Positions 53,158-64,000 of a stretch of DNA of 64,000 nucleotides are shown in pieces. A model generated the notes under the pieces. It saw only the letters and a list, made by a program, of their open reading frames with translations, had not been told where the DNA came from and did not search any database. This DNA is from Sedimentisphaerales bacterium (lineage in GTDB: Bacteria > Planctomycetota > Phycisphaerae > Sedimentisphaerales > Anaerobacaceae). The stretch's first letter is position 1, and every line of letters begins with the position of its first letter. The stretch spans positions 1,760,001-1,824,000 of the forward strand of contig OY970194.1 of NCBI GenBank assembly GCA_963708075.1, in the 5' to 3' direction. The translations under genes and the position numbers were made by a program.

Positions 53158-53755
53158 TCATCGTATTTGCCACGCATCCGGCGCTTCAGGTGTGATCGCC
53201 GCCGGGTTGTCACGGTCGTGGGCCCAGCGCAAGGGATTCTCGATGATGTATTGCCGAATGTGATTCAAGGCCCGTTCATTACGGATGACGTGCTCGTAAT
53301 AGTTGCGCTGCCAGAGCGGCGTGCCTTGCATCCCTCGGCACTTGTTGATCTGCCGAGCAGAAAATGTTTTGAATGCACGAATGACTTCGCCCAATCCGTG
53401 GCGTTTGGGGGTATCGGGTGGTGTTTGCGACACATGGGGAAGGGCGGGTTTGAAACCCGCCCCTACGAGGTCCTGACCCTCGGTCAATGTGATTACCATG
53501 TGGACGTGGTTGGGCATCACCGTGAACGCATCCAATTCCACGCGTGGGTAATGAATCGGCAAGTCCTGCCACGTCTCCTGGACGGCTTGGCCCAACGCAT
53601 TCACCCGCATGCTTCCATCCGCGATCTCCCCGAACAGGCACGCGTGGCCCTGGGTGCAAACAGTCACGAAATACGCCCCCGTCTCCGCGTAATCATACCC
53701 CTCCAGTCGGATTGATCGCCGATGACCATGCTCTGAATCACGATCCGCCGTACAT
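53158..53755 (-). CDS. REP-associated tyrosine transposase (RAYT/TnpA-REP, Y1 HUH); 5' start out of frame
   Basis: HRRSIRL.GYDY...GAYFVT.CT, VMPNHVH, FK, LWQRNYYEHVIR, YI..NP..W; nearest ATG (53755) is one base out of frame. Confidence 0.85.
53441..53466 (-). repeat. Identical REP copy inside the RAYT coding sequence
   Basis: AGGGCGGGTTTGAAACCCGCCCCTAC is the exact reverse complement of 53128-53153; encodes VGAGFKPAL. Confidence 0.85.
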
Positions 53756-54662
53756 GCCCCCTATGGCTGCTCCTCGTTGTCACGCCTGTCGCTCGGTTGG
53801 CAATGAATCGTGCGCGCAGGTCGCATCCTGCACGACCGGCTATTCCTTCAGAGTGCCGCTGACCGGCGACACGATCCAATCATAAGTCGGGACGGTGGTC
53901 CCGTCTTTCAGAACAATGCCGTTCGCGTTCATGAGCATGCCGTGATCCGAGCCGGTCGGTCGTGTGCGTATCGCCTGCACGCCAAAGTCGGCAACCGGCT
54001 GGACCTCGCCCGGCTCCGAGCGGCCGTTGGCGTTCCTGTCGAACCAGACGCCGATGCCCTTCAGTTCGCGGCCGGATAGGGAGCCGTCACGGTTATCATC
54101 GAGCGTATCGAGTGCGAAGTAGCCGTTGGTGAACAGGAGCCACCACGTGGCCGTGCCGAACAACTGCCGGCCGGAGGTGATCTCTCCTTTGTTGAGCGGG
54201 TCCCAGACCAGCAGGCCCGTGGTCGGCTTGATCCAGGGCCATCGTGCATTTCGGCCGGTTCCGTCCAGGTCGAAAGTCACACAGGTGTCCGGCGCAAGCA
54301 ATTTGAGCACGGACCCATGCTCATGGACGGAGAAGATGACGGGAGTAATCGGTCCCCTTACCGTCGGCAGGCTCTCCAGCTTCGCAAGGTCGGCTTTGAT
54401 CTGAGCGACGGAATTGGTGTCGGCAATCGACGGTTCCTTGGCAGCCAGTCGCACATAAGCGCTGCCCGCCTCGTGGCTCACGATTCCCTGAAGATTAGCC
54501 CACACCGGTTGAGCCGTCAGCTTACGATCGTTCTCAATGGAGAATCGATAAGCGAGGTAATAGGTCATGCGAATCTTTGGTATGGTGACGCAGGCCAATT
54601 GTCGCGGATGCTCGGTGATGTTTGCATCGGCCGTATAGGACAAGTACTCATCGTACAGGCTA

Positions 54663-55808
54663 AGTAGGTAGCCAAAAGTTTTCACAGGAACGATTCTCTT
54701 CGCGTGTATGATGGGGTACATGCGAAGAACGAAGAGCGCCTCAGAACGTGGTTTCGATCGATATGATAAACATCGTCTTACGCGGGCCTTACAGGGGGTC
54801 GCTGACATTCGCACCTACCGGCGTATCGAAGCGATCCTGTTGGTGGCCCAGGGTCGGACGGTTCCGGAAGCAGCGCAGATCACCGGGACCCGGCCGTGGA
54901 GCGTCTATCGCTGGGTGCGGGCCTATCTGCACACCCATTGTCCAGACCGCCTGCAGGACGCACCGCGTTCCGGACGGCCTCCGGTCGCCACGCCGATCAC
55001 GGACGCCCGTCTGGTACGCGAGTTCCGCCGGGACCCGATGCGTTTGGGCTATCGCGCCACGGGTTGGACGGTGTCCTTGCTGGCAGATCACCTCCAGCAA
55101 AGGTACGGGTGTGCAATCTCGCCTCGTACCCTGCGGCGGCGGATGCGGGACTTGGATCTGCGGTGGAAACGTCCCCGGTATGTCTATGCGACCAAGGACC
55201 CGAACCGAGCCCAGAAAAAGGGGGCCTGGTTCGCCGCCTGAAACGGATGCCGGCGCTGGCGGTGCTGTTGTTTTCGGATGCGACCATCCTCCGCTGGTTT
55301 CCGCCCTTGCGCTATGTGTGGGCGTTTCGCGGCGAACAGGCGCAGGTCAAGATCACGGGCCAAAACGACAAACGGGTTCTGTTCGGCACGATCAATCCAC
55401 GAACCGGACACCGGGTGGTCCTGCGTCGGCCCCGCCAGCGGCAAGAGGACTTTCAAGCCTTCCTGCGGGAGTTGCGGCGACGGTATCCCGGACGCCCGAT
55501 TTGGCTGTTGCTGGACAAGGCCTCTTTTCATCAGGCGATCAAAAGCCAACGACTGGCCACCCACTTGGAGGTGACCCTCTTGTGGTTGCCGAAGCAGTGC
55601 CCGGAACTGAACTCTCAGGATCATCTCTGGAAGGAGTTGAAACGGTTGATTGCGGCCAATCGCCAGTTCCAAACGATTGATGATGAGGCGGCCTACGCGG
55701 AACAGTGGCTCTTGGGACTAACTGCGACCCAGGGCCTCCGCAAAGCCGGTGTCTTGTCGGCGGATTTCTGGCTCAAGGCTTTTGTGTGAAGACTTTTGGC
55801 TACCTACT
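54663..55808 (+). mobile_element. IS630-family insertion sequence, 1146 bp
   Basis: 24-bp TIRs AGTAGGTAGCCAAAAGT(T/C)TTCACA (23/24 match); TA duplication at 54661-62 and 55809-10 in a CTAG target. Confidence 0.95.
54720..55789 (+). CDS. IS630 transposase (orfA HTH + orfB catalytic, -1 frameshift at A5G5 55215-55224)
   Basis: orfA with PRSGRP, WT...L and WKRP; orfB FSD...LLDKASFH...LP..CPELN..D.LW; stop lies inside the right TIR. Confidence 0.9.
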
Positions 55809-56577
55809 TAGCCAGACTCAGGTAATAAAGGCCATTCTCCGGGTCCAGATCCAAAGCTCTCTCGAAACTGTCCACCGCCGCGCCGGCATGGGCAAGGACC
55901 TTGTCGGTATCGAGGTACTCCGGCTTCCATCCCTCCCTCTGCAACTCCTGCCATTTGCGCCAAACCTCGTTATCGAATTCCAGCAACATCGACGAGGGCA
56001 CATCCGCCCGCGTCGGATAACCCCACGCATCCAAGACAAGTCGGTGGGCCTCCTCGTCACGCAAAGTCGACAGCAGACTGTCAGCGCCCGGCCATTGCTC
56101 AACAGTCTGCCAGTCTGCCGCGACATTGTCAGGGGGAAAGGCGTCAGGCTTCCGGGTTGGGACAAACGGGACCCGATTCAGAAAGGTGAAGTAATGCATT
56201 CGGCCCAAGGTATAGTACCCTTGCGGATCGCTGGGGTGCTCCCTGATGAAGGCCTCTGTGTTGGCGATGAGCCGATCGAATGGGACGTACCAAGCGTATG
56301 GAAAAAGCGAGCCGCCCCGCCCCAGGCAAACCACCGGCAATAACGTGACAACAGCAGCAGGCAGAATTCGCCACTTCATGACCTCGACCTCCTTCTCATT
56401 GGACGCTCGTACCGCCGAGCCTGTGTTATCCAGCCTTTGATGTTCATTATACACAGTCATAGGGGCGGGGACAAGACCGTGCTGCCGATGCCTTTTTGCC
56501 TTGTGCTCTGCATGGCGTCAGGGTATATTCCCGAAGTACTGACGTCACATTCTCGAATCTATTGTAGGGGACGACAC

Positions 56578-58157
56578 ATGACGAATGAGCATTCCGAGGA
56601 ACACCCAGTTCGAACGACCTGCTGTCCGTGCGGCTGCGGACAGGGACAGTCCACATCGGGGATCAGCCGCAGAGGCTTCCTGCAGGGTGTCAGCGGCGCG
56701 GGGCGCTGGGCATGGCCCTGACCGGCCTGACGTGGTCGAGCGTGGCGATGGCCGCCGGCTCGGGCGACCGGGCAGGCCCGCAGCGCCGGGCCCTCGTCGT
56801 CAGGCCTATCCTGGTCTACGAGATCCCGACGCGACGACCGCAGACGAGTTGGCGGTCCTGGGGCGGCATCGCGAGCCAGGAGCAGGCGGAGCAGGAACTG
56901 GGCCGCATTCAGGGCGAGTTGAGCAAGATGAAGGAGCGGGCGGACTTCCCGGTGGACTTCCTCAAGCCTGTGAGAATCCGTTCGGCGGAGGATGCGGCGA
57001 AGATTGAAGGCCTCGAGCAGGCCGATGTCGCTATCATCTATGCGGCCGGTGGACCGATGAACGCATTTGATGTGATCGGTAAGCGCGCCAAGAACACGAT
57101 CATCTTCTGCCGCCACAAGTCCGGGCCGGTCTATCTCTGGTATGAGATTATCAGCCCCCGGTACCTGCGCCAGCACACCGACACGCTCAAGGTCAAAGGT
57201 GTCGATGACGGCGACGTGATCGTGGACAATCAGGATGAAATCCTCTGGCGGTTGCGGGCCCTGGCCGGTCTGCAGAACACGCTGGGCACCCGAATTCTCT
57301 GCATCGGCGGCCCCGCTGCATGGGCCCAGCCCGAAGGTGTCGTACCCAACCTCGTCCGTGAGATCTGGAAATTCGACATGCAGACGGTGTCCTACGACGA
57401 CCTCGGCAAGCTCATCAAGGAGGCCCGGGCCGACAGTGCCGCTGTCACGCGGGCGAAAGAGCGCGCCGAAAAATACCTGAAGGGTCGAGGCGTCAAGTTG
57501 GAGACGAAGCCTGGATTCGTCGAGAACGCCTTCCTTCTGGAAGAGGTCTTTATCGGTCTGATGAAGAAGGCCGACTGCCGGGCGATCACGATCAACGGCT
57601 GCATGGGCACGATCATGCCGCTGGCGGAGACCTCGGCGTGCCTGACCCTCTCGCTCCTGAACGACGCCGGCTACATGGCATTTTGCGAGTCGGACTTCGT
57701 GGTGATCCCCTCGGGCGTCCTCATGGTGAACATCTCGGGCAAGCCCATGTTTCTGAATGACCCGACCTACCCGCACGACGGCGTCATTACGCTCGCTCAT
57801 TGCACAGGCCCGCGCAAGATGAACGGCAAGGACCTCGAGCCGGTCCGTATCCTGACGCACTTCGAGTCGGACTATGGCGCCTCCCCGAAGGTCGAGATGC
57901 GCAAGGGCCAGGTCGTGACGAATATCGCGCCCGACTTCCTGATCAAGCGCTGGGTGGGCCTCAAGGGCGAGATCATCGACGCCCCCTTCATGGACATCTG
58001 CCGCAGCCAGATCGACATCCGCTTCACCTGCGACAGCCTGAAGCTGGCCGAGCGGATGCCCGGCTTCCACTGGATGACCTGCTACGGCGATTACATGAAG
58101 GAGATCGGCTATGCCTGCAAGAAGCTCGGAATTCAGTGGGAAGACCTGACGGCGTAG
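56578..58157 (+). CDS. Tat-signal L-fucose/L-arabinose isomerase-like protein (paralog B); apparent 1-nt deletion near 56702
   Basis: ISRRGFL in ORF 56437..56721 joins ALGMAL... in ORF 56628..58157; CESD, AHC..P, THFESDYGA, GFH. Confidence 0.78.
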
Positions 58158-58177
58158 ATCCGGCATGGAGCGCAAGC

Positions 58178-58212
58178 ATAGGTCCTATCGGTCCTATGTG
58201 TCCTATAGGTCC
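58178..58212. repeat. Intergenic nonamer tandem repeat, four copies
   Basis: ATAGGTCCT ATCGGTCCT ATGTGTCCT ATAGGTCC. Confidence 0.75.
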
Positions 58213-58313
58213 AGACTTCATGTACGGCGATAAAAGCGCTATCCCGGAGCCGGACCGGCAGCACGTCCGGCTCTGGGCTTCTTATGCACCACACAACAAC
58301 AGGAGAAGACGGA

Positions 58314-60422
58314 ATGAGGGAATCGCACTGCACCATCGCATCGTTTGGACTGTTCCTGGCATGCGTATTGGCATCCTCGGCATGCGCCGCCGACCTGACA
58401 CTCTACGTGTCGCCCGACGGCAAGGACACATGGTCCGGCGGGCTCGCGCGGCCGAATGCCGACGGCACTGATGGCCCCGTCCCCACGCTCGAACGCGCGC
58501 GGGACATCCTCCGGCAGAAGAGGTCCTCCACAGCCGGGGAAGCGCGTGTTGTCGTGGGCGATGGACGGTATTCATTGACACAGCCGTTCACCCTTGATGC
58601 CAGAGACAGCGGCGTCATCTACGAGGCGGCGCCGGGCGCCCGGCCGGTCTTTTCCGGAGGCAGGACAATCCCTGGGTTCGAGCAGGCCGAGAACGGCCTG
58701 TGGCGAGCGCGCGTCCCGGAGGCGGTGAACGGCAAGTGGCGATTTGAGCAGTTGTTCGTCAACGGCAAACGGGCCGTGCGGGCGCGAACGCCCAACAAGT
58801 TCTATCTCTACGTGGGCGAGAGCAAAGAGGTGCCGGTCGAGGGCAAGCCAGGCCAGTTCACGCGAACGACGAACATGCCGCCCGAGGCCCTGGCCCCACT
58901 GAAAGGACTCAGCGAAGCCGAGATTCACGACGTGGTCCTTGTGGCGTATCACAAATGGTGCATCACGCAGCGATACCTTAAGAGTGTGGATTTCGAGAAG
59001 AGCCAGGTCATCACCACGGGCGAGCAGTTGAAAAACTACTCCGGCTGGCCCGCCGGCACGCGATTCCACGTGGAGAACTTCAAAGCCGCAATCGATGAGC
59101 CCGGGGAATGGTTCCTCGCTCGTGACGGCATGCTATACTACAAGCCTCGCCCCGGCGAGGATATGGCCAGGGCCGAGGTCGTCGCACCCGTTGCGAAAAA
59201 ACTGGTGATTCTCGGTGGCCGGCCCGAAGCCGGGAAATTGGTCGAGCGAGTGACGTTCAAGGGCCTGACATTCCATCACCAGGACTATACACTGCCCACT
59301 GCGGGCTATGAGCCCTACCAGGCGGCCTTTGCCACCGAGGCGGCGATCATGATTGACGGAGCCCATAACGTCACGATCCGGGACTGCGAAGTTGGCCATA
59401 TCGGGGAATACGCTGTCTGGTTCCGCCAAGGCTGCCAGAATTGCGGCGTCGAACGCTCCTTCCTGCACGACCTCGGCGCCGGCGGCGTCCGGATCGGCGA
59501 GGGTCAGATCAGGCCGGATGAACCGTCCCGCACGCATCACATCACTGTGGACAACAACATCATTCGCGCCGGCGGCAGGATTCATGCGGAGGCCGTCGGC
59601 GTCTGGATCGGCCACAGCGGCGACAACGCCGTCACGCACAATGAGATTGCCGACTTGTTCTATACCGGCATCTCCGCCGGCTGGCGATGGGGCTACGCGG
59701 AAAGCCCCGCTAAACGCAATAACATCAGCTTCAACCGGGTGCATCATCTCGGCTGGGCCGTCCTCAGCGATATGGGTGGCATCTACACGCTCGGGCCATC
59801 GGAGGGAACAGTCGTCGGCAACAACGTCTTCCACGATATCTACGCCTACTCCTATGGCGGATGGGGTCTCTACACCGATGAGGGCAGCACGGGAATCGTT
59901 CTGGAAAACAACCTCGTCTACAACACCAAGACCGGCAGCTTCCACCAGCACTACGGCAAGGAGAACATCATCCGCAACAACATCCTGGTCAACAGCATGC
60001 TCCACCAGATCCAGGCGACTCGCATCGAGGAGCACCTGTCCTTCACGTTCGAGAAGAACATCGTGTACTGGGAGACGGGCCCTCTGCTCGCCGGTCCATG
60101 GACTAAGGTCCGCATCAATATGGACAACAATTGCTACTGGAATGCCGCCGGGCAGGAGGTGACATTCGCAGGCTTGTCGCTCGACCAGTGGCGCCAGCAG
60201 CAGAACCATGACCAGCACTCCATTATCGCCGACCCCGGTTTCGCCGATGTGAAGAACCTCGATTTCCACCTGAAGCCGGACTCCCCCGCCCTTAAGACCG
60301 GCTTCACGCCATTCGACTACGGCAAAGCGGGCGTGTACGGCGATCCGGCCTGGGTCAAGAAGGCAAACGAGGTAACGTATCCCGCACTGGAGTGGCCGCC
60401 GACTGTAGCCGGCGCTGATTAG
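58314..60422 (+). CDS. Exported right-handed beta-helix protein (GH141-like)
   Basis: YVSPDG.D.WSG...DGP..TL..ARD, EQLFVNG.RA.RARTPN, D.PGEW, HDLGAGG, SDMGGIY.LG, GGWG.YTDEG. Confidence 0.78.
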   Translation: MRESHCTIASFGLFLACVLASSACAADLTLYVSPDGKDTWSGGLARPNADGTDGPVPTLERARDILRQKRSSTAGEARVVVGDGRYSLTQPFTLDARDSGVIYEAAPGARPVFSGGRTIPGFEQAENGLWRARVPEAVNGKWRFEQLFVNGKRAVRARTPNKFYLYVGESKEVPVEGKPGQFTRTTNMPPEALAPLKGLSEAEIHDVVLVAYHKWCITQRYLKSVDFEKSQVITTGEQLKNYSGWPAGTRFHVENFKAAIDEPGEWFLARDGMLYYKPRPGEDMARAEVVAPVAKKLVILGGRPEAGKLVERVTFKGLTFHHQDYTLPTAGYEPYQAAFATEAAIMIDGAHNVTIRDCEVGHIGEYAVWFRQGCQNCGVERSFLHDLGAGGVRIGEGQIRPDEPSRTHHITVDNNIIRAGGRIHAEAVGVWIGHSGDNAVTHNEIADLFYTGISAGWRWGYAESPAKRNNISFNRVHHLGWAVLSDMGGIYTLGPSEGTVVGNNVFHDIYAYSYGGWGLYTDEGSTGIVLENNLVYNTKTGSFHQHYGKENIIRNNILVNSMLHQIQATRIEEHLSFTFEKNIVYWETGPLLAGPWTKVRINMDNNCYWNAAGQEVTFAGLSLDQWRQQQNHDQHSIIADPGFADVKNLDFHLKPDSPALKTGFTPFDYGKAGVYGDPAWVKKANEVTYPALEWPPTVAGAD

Positions 60423-60452
60423 GCCGACCTGTACCTTCGAAGGGGATTGTGC

Positions 60453-63152
60453 ATGAAAGCGCCACGCCTGGTCCTTGCATCTCTGGTCGTTGTGCTGATG
60501 GGCACACTCGGATTGCCAACATGTGCGAGGGCAGCGACAATATATGTGTCCCCCGATGGCAGCGATACATGGTCCGGGCGGACCGCACAGCCGAATGCTG
60601 CTGGGACCGACGGCCCCGTAGCCACCCTCGAACGCGCCCGCGATATCCTTCGCAACGCCGGAAAGGACACTACGGACCAGTCGCACGTCATTATTGCCGA
60701 TGGCCGATACCCGTTGACTAAGCCGTTTTTGCTCAGTGAAAGGGATGGCGGCGTCACTTATGAGGCAGCGCCGGGGGCCAAGCCGGTGTTCTCCGGGGGC
60801 AAGGTCATTCAGGGATTCGAACTTGGCGACGATGGCGTCTGGCGTGTGCGAATCCCGGAAGCGGCGGACGGCTCGTGGTACTTCGAGCAGTTATTCGTCA
60901 ATGGACACCGGGCGACGCGGGCGCGCACGCCAAACAAGTTCTATCACTACATCGTGGACATCCACGAGGAGTCGCTCCAGGCAGGTTCCGGCGACAGGCC
61001 GGCCAGAGCCAGGCAGACCGTGACCTCACGGCCGGAGGATGTCAAGCCGCTGCTCGCATTGAGTGAGCAGGAACTGCATGACGTGCAGATGGTCGTTTAC
61101 CACAACTGGGACAATACGACCCGCTTCATTGAAGGTGTCAGCCGGGAGAAATCCGCGATTCTCACAACCGGCGGAGGCATGAAGCCGTGGAACCCCTGGA
61201 GAAAGGGTGACCGATTCCACCTGGAGAATTTCCGGGCCGCGCTCGATGCGCCGGGCGAGTGGTTTCTGTCCCGCGACGGTTGGCTCTATTACATGCCTCG
61301 CGAGGGCGAAGACGTGCAAACCGCCGAGGTCGTCGCTCCTATCGTCGAGAAGTTCCTTGTTCTCGCGGGCGATGTCCAGAACGAGAAGTACCTGGAGAAC
61401 GTCACGATCAAGGGCCTGACGTTTCTTCACGCCGAGTACCCCATGCCGCCGGGCGGGTTCGAGGCGAGTCAGGCCGCGGCTCCAATTGACGCGGTAGTCA
61501 TGGCCGATGGCACGCGCAACGTGACGATCCAGGACTGCGAGTTCGGCCACTTCGGGCGGTACGGCGTGTGGTTTCGGAAGGGCTGCCAGAACTGCACCTT
61601 GCAGAAGTGCTACGTGCACGATTTCGGTGCCGGCGGCGTCCGTATCGGCGAGTCGAGCGTGCCCAAACAGCCGCGAGAGCAGACCAGCCACATCACCGTG
61701 GATAATAACATCATCCGTGCGGGCGGGCGGATCTTCCCCTGCGCCGTCGGCATCTGGATCGGGCACAGCGGCGACAACGCCGTGACGCACAACGAGATTG
61801 CCGATATGTACTACACCGGGATCTCGGCCGGCTGGGTCTGGGGCTACTCCGGCAGCATCGCCAAACGCAACAACATCAGCTTCAACCACGTGCATCATCT
61901 CGGCTGGGCGGTCCTCAGCGACATGGGCGGCATCTACACGCTCGGAGCCTCCGAAGGCACAGTCGTCGGCAACAACGTCCTCCACGATATCTACGCCTAT
62001 TCCTACGGCGGATGGGGCATGTATACCGACGAGGGCAGCACCGGCATTGTCATGGAGAACAACCTGGTCTATAACACCAAGACCGGGAGCTTCCATCAGC
62101 ACTACGGCAAGGAAAACACCATCCGCAATAACATCCTGGTCAACAGCATGCTCCACCAGATCCAGGCGACTCGTGTCGAGGAACATCTGTCCTTCACGTT
62201 CGAGAAGAACATCGTGTACTGGGAGACCGGCCCCCTGCTCTCCGGGCCATGGACCCAGGTCAACGTGAGCATGGATGACAACTGCTACTGGAACGCCGCC
62301 GGGCAGGAAGTGACGTTCGCGGGACTGTCGCGCGACGAGTGGCGTCAGCAGAAGGGACACGACCAGCATTCCATCATCGCGGACCCTGGCTTCGTCGACG
62401 TGAAGAACCTCGACTTCCGGTTGAAGCCCGACTCCCCCGCCCTCAAGATCGGCTTCACGCCCTTCGACTACACCAAAGCAGGTGTGTACGGCGATCCCAT
62501 CTGGATCGAGAAGGCAAATGAAGTAACGTACCTCGCACTGGAGTGGCCTCCGGGCCCGCCGCCCGTGGCGATCAAGGACGATTTCGAGACAACACCTGTT
62601 GGTCAAAAGCCTCAGGACGCCTCCGCCAACATGGAGAACAAGGGCGATTCCATCGCTGTGACTGATGAGACGGCCGCAAGCGGCACGCACAGCCTGAAGA
62701 TCGCGGACGCCCCCGGCCTGCAAAACGCATGGAATCCGCACTTGGTGTACTCCCCGAACCATAGCTGGGGAACGACCCGCTGCGCATTCGACCTGCGCAT
62801 CGGGCCGGGAGTCTCCATCAGCCATGAATGGCGCGACTGGCGAGCCTCGCCCTACAGCGTCGGTCCCAGCCTCTCCATCAACGGCGATAATCTCCAGGTC
62901 GCCGGCAGGACTCTGCTCCGTCTGCCTCTGAACCAATGGGTCCACTTCGAGATCACCGCCGACCTCGGCAAGAACAACAGCGGCACATGGAGCCTGGCCG
63001 TCGCCCTCCCCGGCCAGCCCCCGAAAGCATTCGCGAACCTGAAAACCGCCGGCAACGCCTTCGAACAACTCACCTGGCTCGGCTTCAGCAGCAACGCCAC
63101 AACCGCCACCGTCTTCTACCTCGACAACATCGAGATCGCAAATCAGTCCTGA
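60453..63152 (+). CDS. Exported beta-helix protein, tandem paralog with extra C-terminal beta-sandwich (CBM-like) domain
   Basis: Same motifs as 58314..60422 plus DDFE...SG..SLKI.D...QW.H.E...FYLDNI. Confidence 0.78.
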   Translation: MKAPRLVLASLVVVLMGTLGLPTCARAATIYVSPDGSDTWSGRTAQPNAAGTDGPVATLERARDILRNAGKDTTDQSHVIIADGRYPLTKPFLLSERDGGVTYEAAPGAKPVFSGGKVIQGFELGDDGVWRVRIPEAADGSWYFEQLFVNGHRATRARTPNKFYHYIVDIHEESLQAGSGDRPARARQTVTSRPEDVKPLLALSEQELHDVQMVVYHNWDNTTRFIEGVSREKSAILTTGGGMKPWNPWRKGDRFHLENFRAALDAPGEWFLSRDGWLYYMPREGEDVQTAEVVAPIVEKFLVLAGDVQNEKYLENVTIKGLTFLHAEYPMPPGGFEASQAAAPIDAVVMADGTRNVTIQDCEFGHFGRYGVWFRKGCQNCTLQKCYVHDFGAGGVRIGESSVPKQPREQTSHITVDNNIIRAGGRIFPCAVGIWIGHSGDNAVTHNEIADMYYTGISAGWVWGYSGSIAKRNNISFNHVHHLGWAVLSDMGGIYTLGASEGTVVGNNVLHDIYAYSYGGWGMYTDEGSTGIVMENNLVYNTKTGSFHQHYGKENTIRNNILVNSMLHQIQATRVEEHLSFTFEKNIVYWETGPLLSGPWTQVNVSMDDNCYWNAAGQEVTFAGLSRDEWRQQKGHDQHSIIADPGFVDVKNLDFRLKPDSPALKIGFTPFDYTKAGVYGDPIWIEKANEVTYLALEWPPGPPPVAIKDDFETTPVGQKPQDASANMENKGDSIAVTDETAASGTHSLKIADAPGLQNAWNPHLVYSPNHSWGTTRCAFDLRIGPGVSISHEWRDWRASPYSVGPSLSINGDNLQVAGRTLLRLPLNQWVHFEITADLGKNNSGTWSLAVALPGQPPKAFANLKTAGNAFEQLTWLGFSSNATTATVFYLDNIEIANQS

Positions 63153-63162
63153 CGCGGAACGT

Positions 63163-64000
63163 TTACCGACCCTGTGGCACGAGCAACTCGGCGTTCGCGA
63201 CCCACAGGGCAAAGTACGGCACCTTCGCATCCGTCCGCTGAATCATGACCAGGAAAGGCTTGTTGAAAACCATCCCGGGATGGCCGTTCTTGGTGGTAAA
63301 CGCCTCGGATTTGAGGACCGCACCTGTCTCATCCAGCTTGAAACGTACCTGCTGAACGGTGATCAGACGACGCAACTCGCTGTAGCGGCGTACCACATCG
63401 AAATCGATGACCGGAATGACCAAATGAGTCATATCTCGCATGCGCTGCGGTGCACCAATCCGCATGCGCTGCTGTACATCCCGCACGGTCTCCGACAGAG
63501 TCGCGGATGGCTGGACCTTCGCCAGAATCAGACGATCCGTCTGAGACCGGGTCTTCAATTCGATAATGAAGTCGTTGGGACCTCCGTCGTAGCAGATGGC
63601 CACCTGGCTGGCGGCCTTGACTTCCTCTTCGTCCGAGCGGTGAAGTTGGTGTATGCCGAACACCTCAACCGCATGACCGGCAAAGGTCAGGCTCCACTCC
63701 GGCAGCCGCTTGAAGGACCATTCGAACGGGAGTTCCTTGAGCAGAAACGCGTAAGCAACCCAAGTGCCACGTCCGAGCGAGCGGCGTTTAGGGAGGAACT
63801 CCGGCTTGACGCCTTGTCCGAACTTCTCATTCATTGCAGCGGCGATCCGGTTGAGGATATCGTCCGACCCGCCGGTCGGGTATCCGGCCATGGCCACACA
63901 ACTCGTCTCATCGAGGTCCGCCCGCGTCACAGCCTTGCGGTTCAAGGCCTCCACCATCTCCTGCGGACCCCGGGACTTGATCGGCCCGCCCAGGAGGTCG
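63163..64000 (-). CDS. Hypothetical protein (5'-truncated by window end) with serpin-like C-terminus
   Basis: Frame open to the window edge; RFKLDETGA...MVFNKPFLVMIQ......PYFALWV. Confidence 0.55.
   Translation of the reverse strand, partial: DLLGGPIKSRGPQEMVEALNRKAVTRADLDETSCVAMAGYPTGGSDDILNRIAAAMNEKFGQGVKPEFLPKRRSLGRGTWVAYAFLLKELPFEWSFKRLPEWSLTFAGHAVEVFGIHQLHRSDEEEVKAASQVAICYDGGPNDFIIELKTRSQTDRLILAKVQPSATLSETVRDVQQRMRIGAPQRMRDMTHLVIPVIDFDVVRRYSELRRLITVQQVRFKLDETGAVLKSEAFTTKNGHPGMVFNKPFLVMIQRTDAKVPYFALWVANAELLVPQGR

Larger units (their letters stand above)
53840..56379 (-). pseudogene. Exported TPR + Ca-binding-like (FDLDG/LDDNRDG) protein interrupted by IS630
   Basis: Removing the IS and one TA restores in-frame GLYYLSLA-SLYDEY, giving a 463-aa ORF from MKWRIL (56379) to the stop at 53840. 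Confidence 0.85.

Noticed and set aside
2141..56706. Calling korA, phoA, pilD, the symporter, fabH, panD, folK and others pseudogenes
   Set aside because: Each has only isolated 1-nt indels at recurring motifs with otherwise intact sequence, so consensus errors are more parsimonious
6768..63230. Long antisense ORFs (e.g. 6768..8891, 12981..14408, 18160..20460, 56559..58175, 61026..63230)
   Set aside because: Shadow frames of well-supported genes in high-GC DNA; no recognisable motifs
1..64000. tRNA, rRNA or riboswitch genes
   Set aside because: None recognised by eye in the intergenic regions; an Infernal/Rfam scan would be needed to exclude them

Overview
GC-rich bacterial window. It is most likely Planctomycetota (Phycisphaerae/Sedimentisphaerales-like), inferred from the secreted-repeat protein at 40.1-43.0 kb, a PEP-CTERM-type protein and many secreted glycan enzymes. 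Housekeeping genes: 2-oxoacid:ferredoxin oxidoreductase alpha/beta, YyaL-type protein, ComEC, alkaline phosphatase, prepilin peptidase, argG, rpmF-plsX-fabH-fabD-fabG-acpP-fabF, a RACo-type activator, lgt, panCD, a folK-dNK fusion and dapL. Accessory genes include carbohydrate-active enzymes, two ECF sigma loci, a RAYT with REPs and an intact IS630 element interrupting an exported gene. The best candidate for an undescribed system is a five-gene minus-strand cluster at 20.8-24.5 kb: ECF sigma, a small protein, a fusion of an archaeal-type ThrRS editing domain with a PLD/TrmB-like domain, an Na+:solute symporter and a small membrane protein. Other highlights: a 26-aa ultra-basic ORF missed by the ORF track; two Tat-signal FucI-like paralogs, one lacking the catalytic Glu/Asp; a DD34D (mariner-type) triad in the IS630 transposase; and about ten single-base frameshifts. 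Five of these fall exactly on GGTCTC/GAGACC, suggesting methylation-driven sequencing errors rather than pseudogenes. All assignments come from motif recognition by eye; no searches were run.
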